DNA from: Toensbergia leucococca
Taxonomy: Eukaryota
Direction of reading: 5' to 3'
NCBI GenBank assembly: GCA_022813965.1
Contig: JALDZS010000035.1
Coordinates: forward strand, 124,001 to 157,587
Length of the DNA stretch: 33,587 nucleotides
Within the stretch, counting starts at the first letter, position 1; each line of letters opens with the position of its first letter. A program made the translations under genes and the position numbers. Under the pieces are notes generated by a model. It searched no databases. It had not been told where the DNA came from and was given only the letters and a program-made list of their open reading frames with translations. Below, in pieces: positions 33,516 to 33,587 of this stretch.

Positions 33516-33587
33516 AAGAACCTCTCTTCCCAATCAACTTCCCAAAAAAAAAAAAAGACCACCCCCCCCCCCAAACGAAACCCACCA

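Overview
Intron-containing genomic DNA of a filamentous ascomycete (Pezizomycotina). A lichen-forming lineage is plausible but is only my inference. I built exon structures by hand from GT..AG borders, branch points and frame continuity. Eleven apparently intact genes: a conserved hypothetical protein head-to-head with a U2SURP/SR140-like splicing factor, a peptidase C12 ubiquitin hydrolase, a SAM+HMG-box protein divergent from a NirA-like Zn2Cys6 factor, an HVA1/DUF2945 Tudor protein with two AT-hooks, an OSCA/TMEM63 channel, FBA1, a small RWDD/DUF1115-like protein, mitochondrial bL9m, and a Cys-rich protein with two Ecp2/KP4-like repeats. There is also a 6-exon SAM methyltransferase broken by one frameshift and a decayed F-box-like pseudogene. 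Non-coding signals: a ~474-bp TA-flanked MITE-like element with ~50-bp terminal inverted repeats (7240-7713), a 13-bp direct repeat bracketing the ubiquitin hydrolase gene, and recurrent C-rich-to-G-rich strand-skew switches that cut through genes. No database search was possible, so family calls rest on motif recognition.
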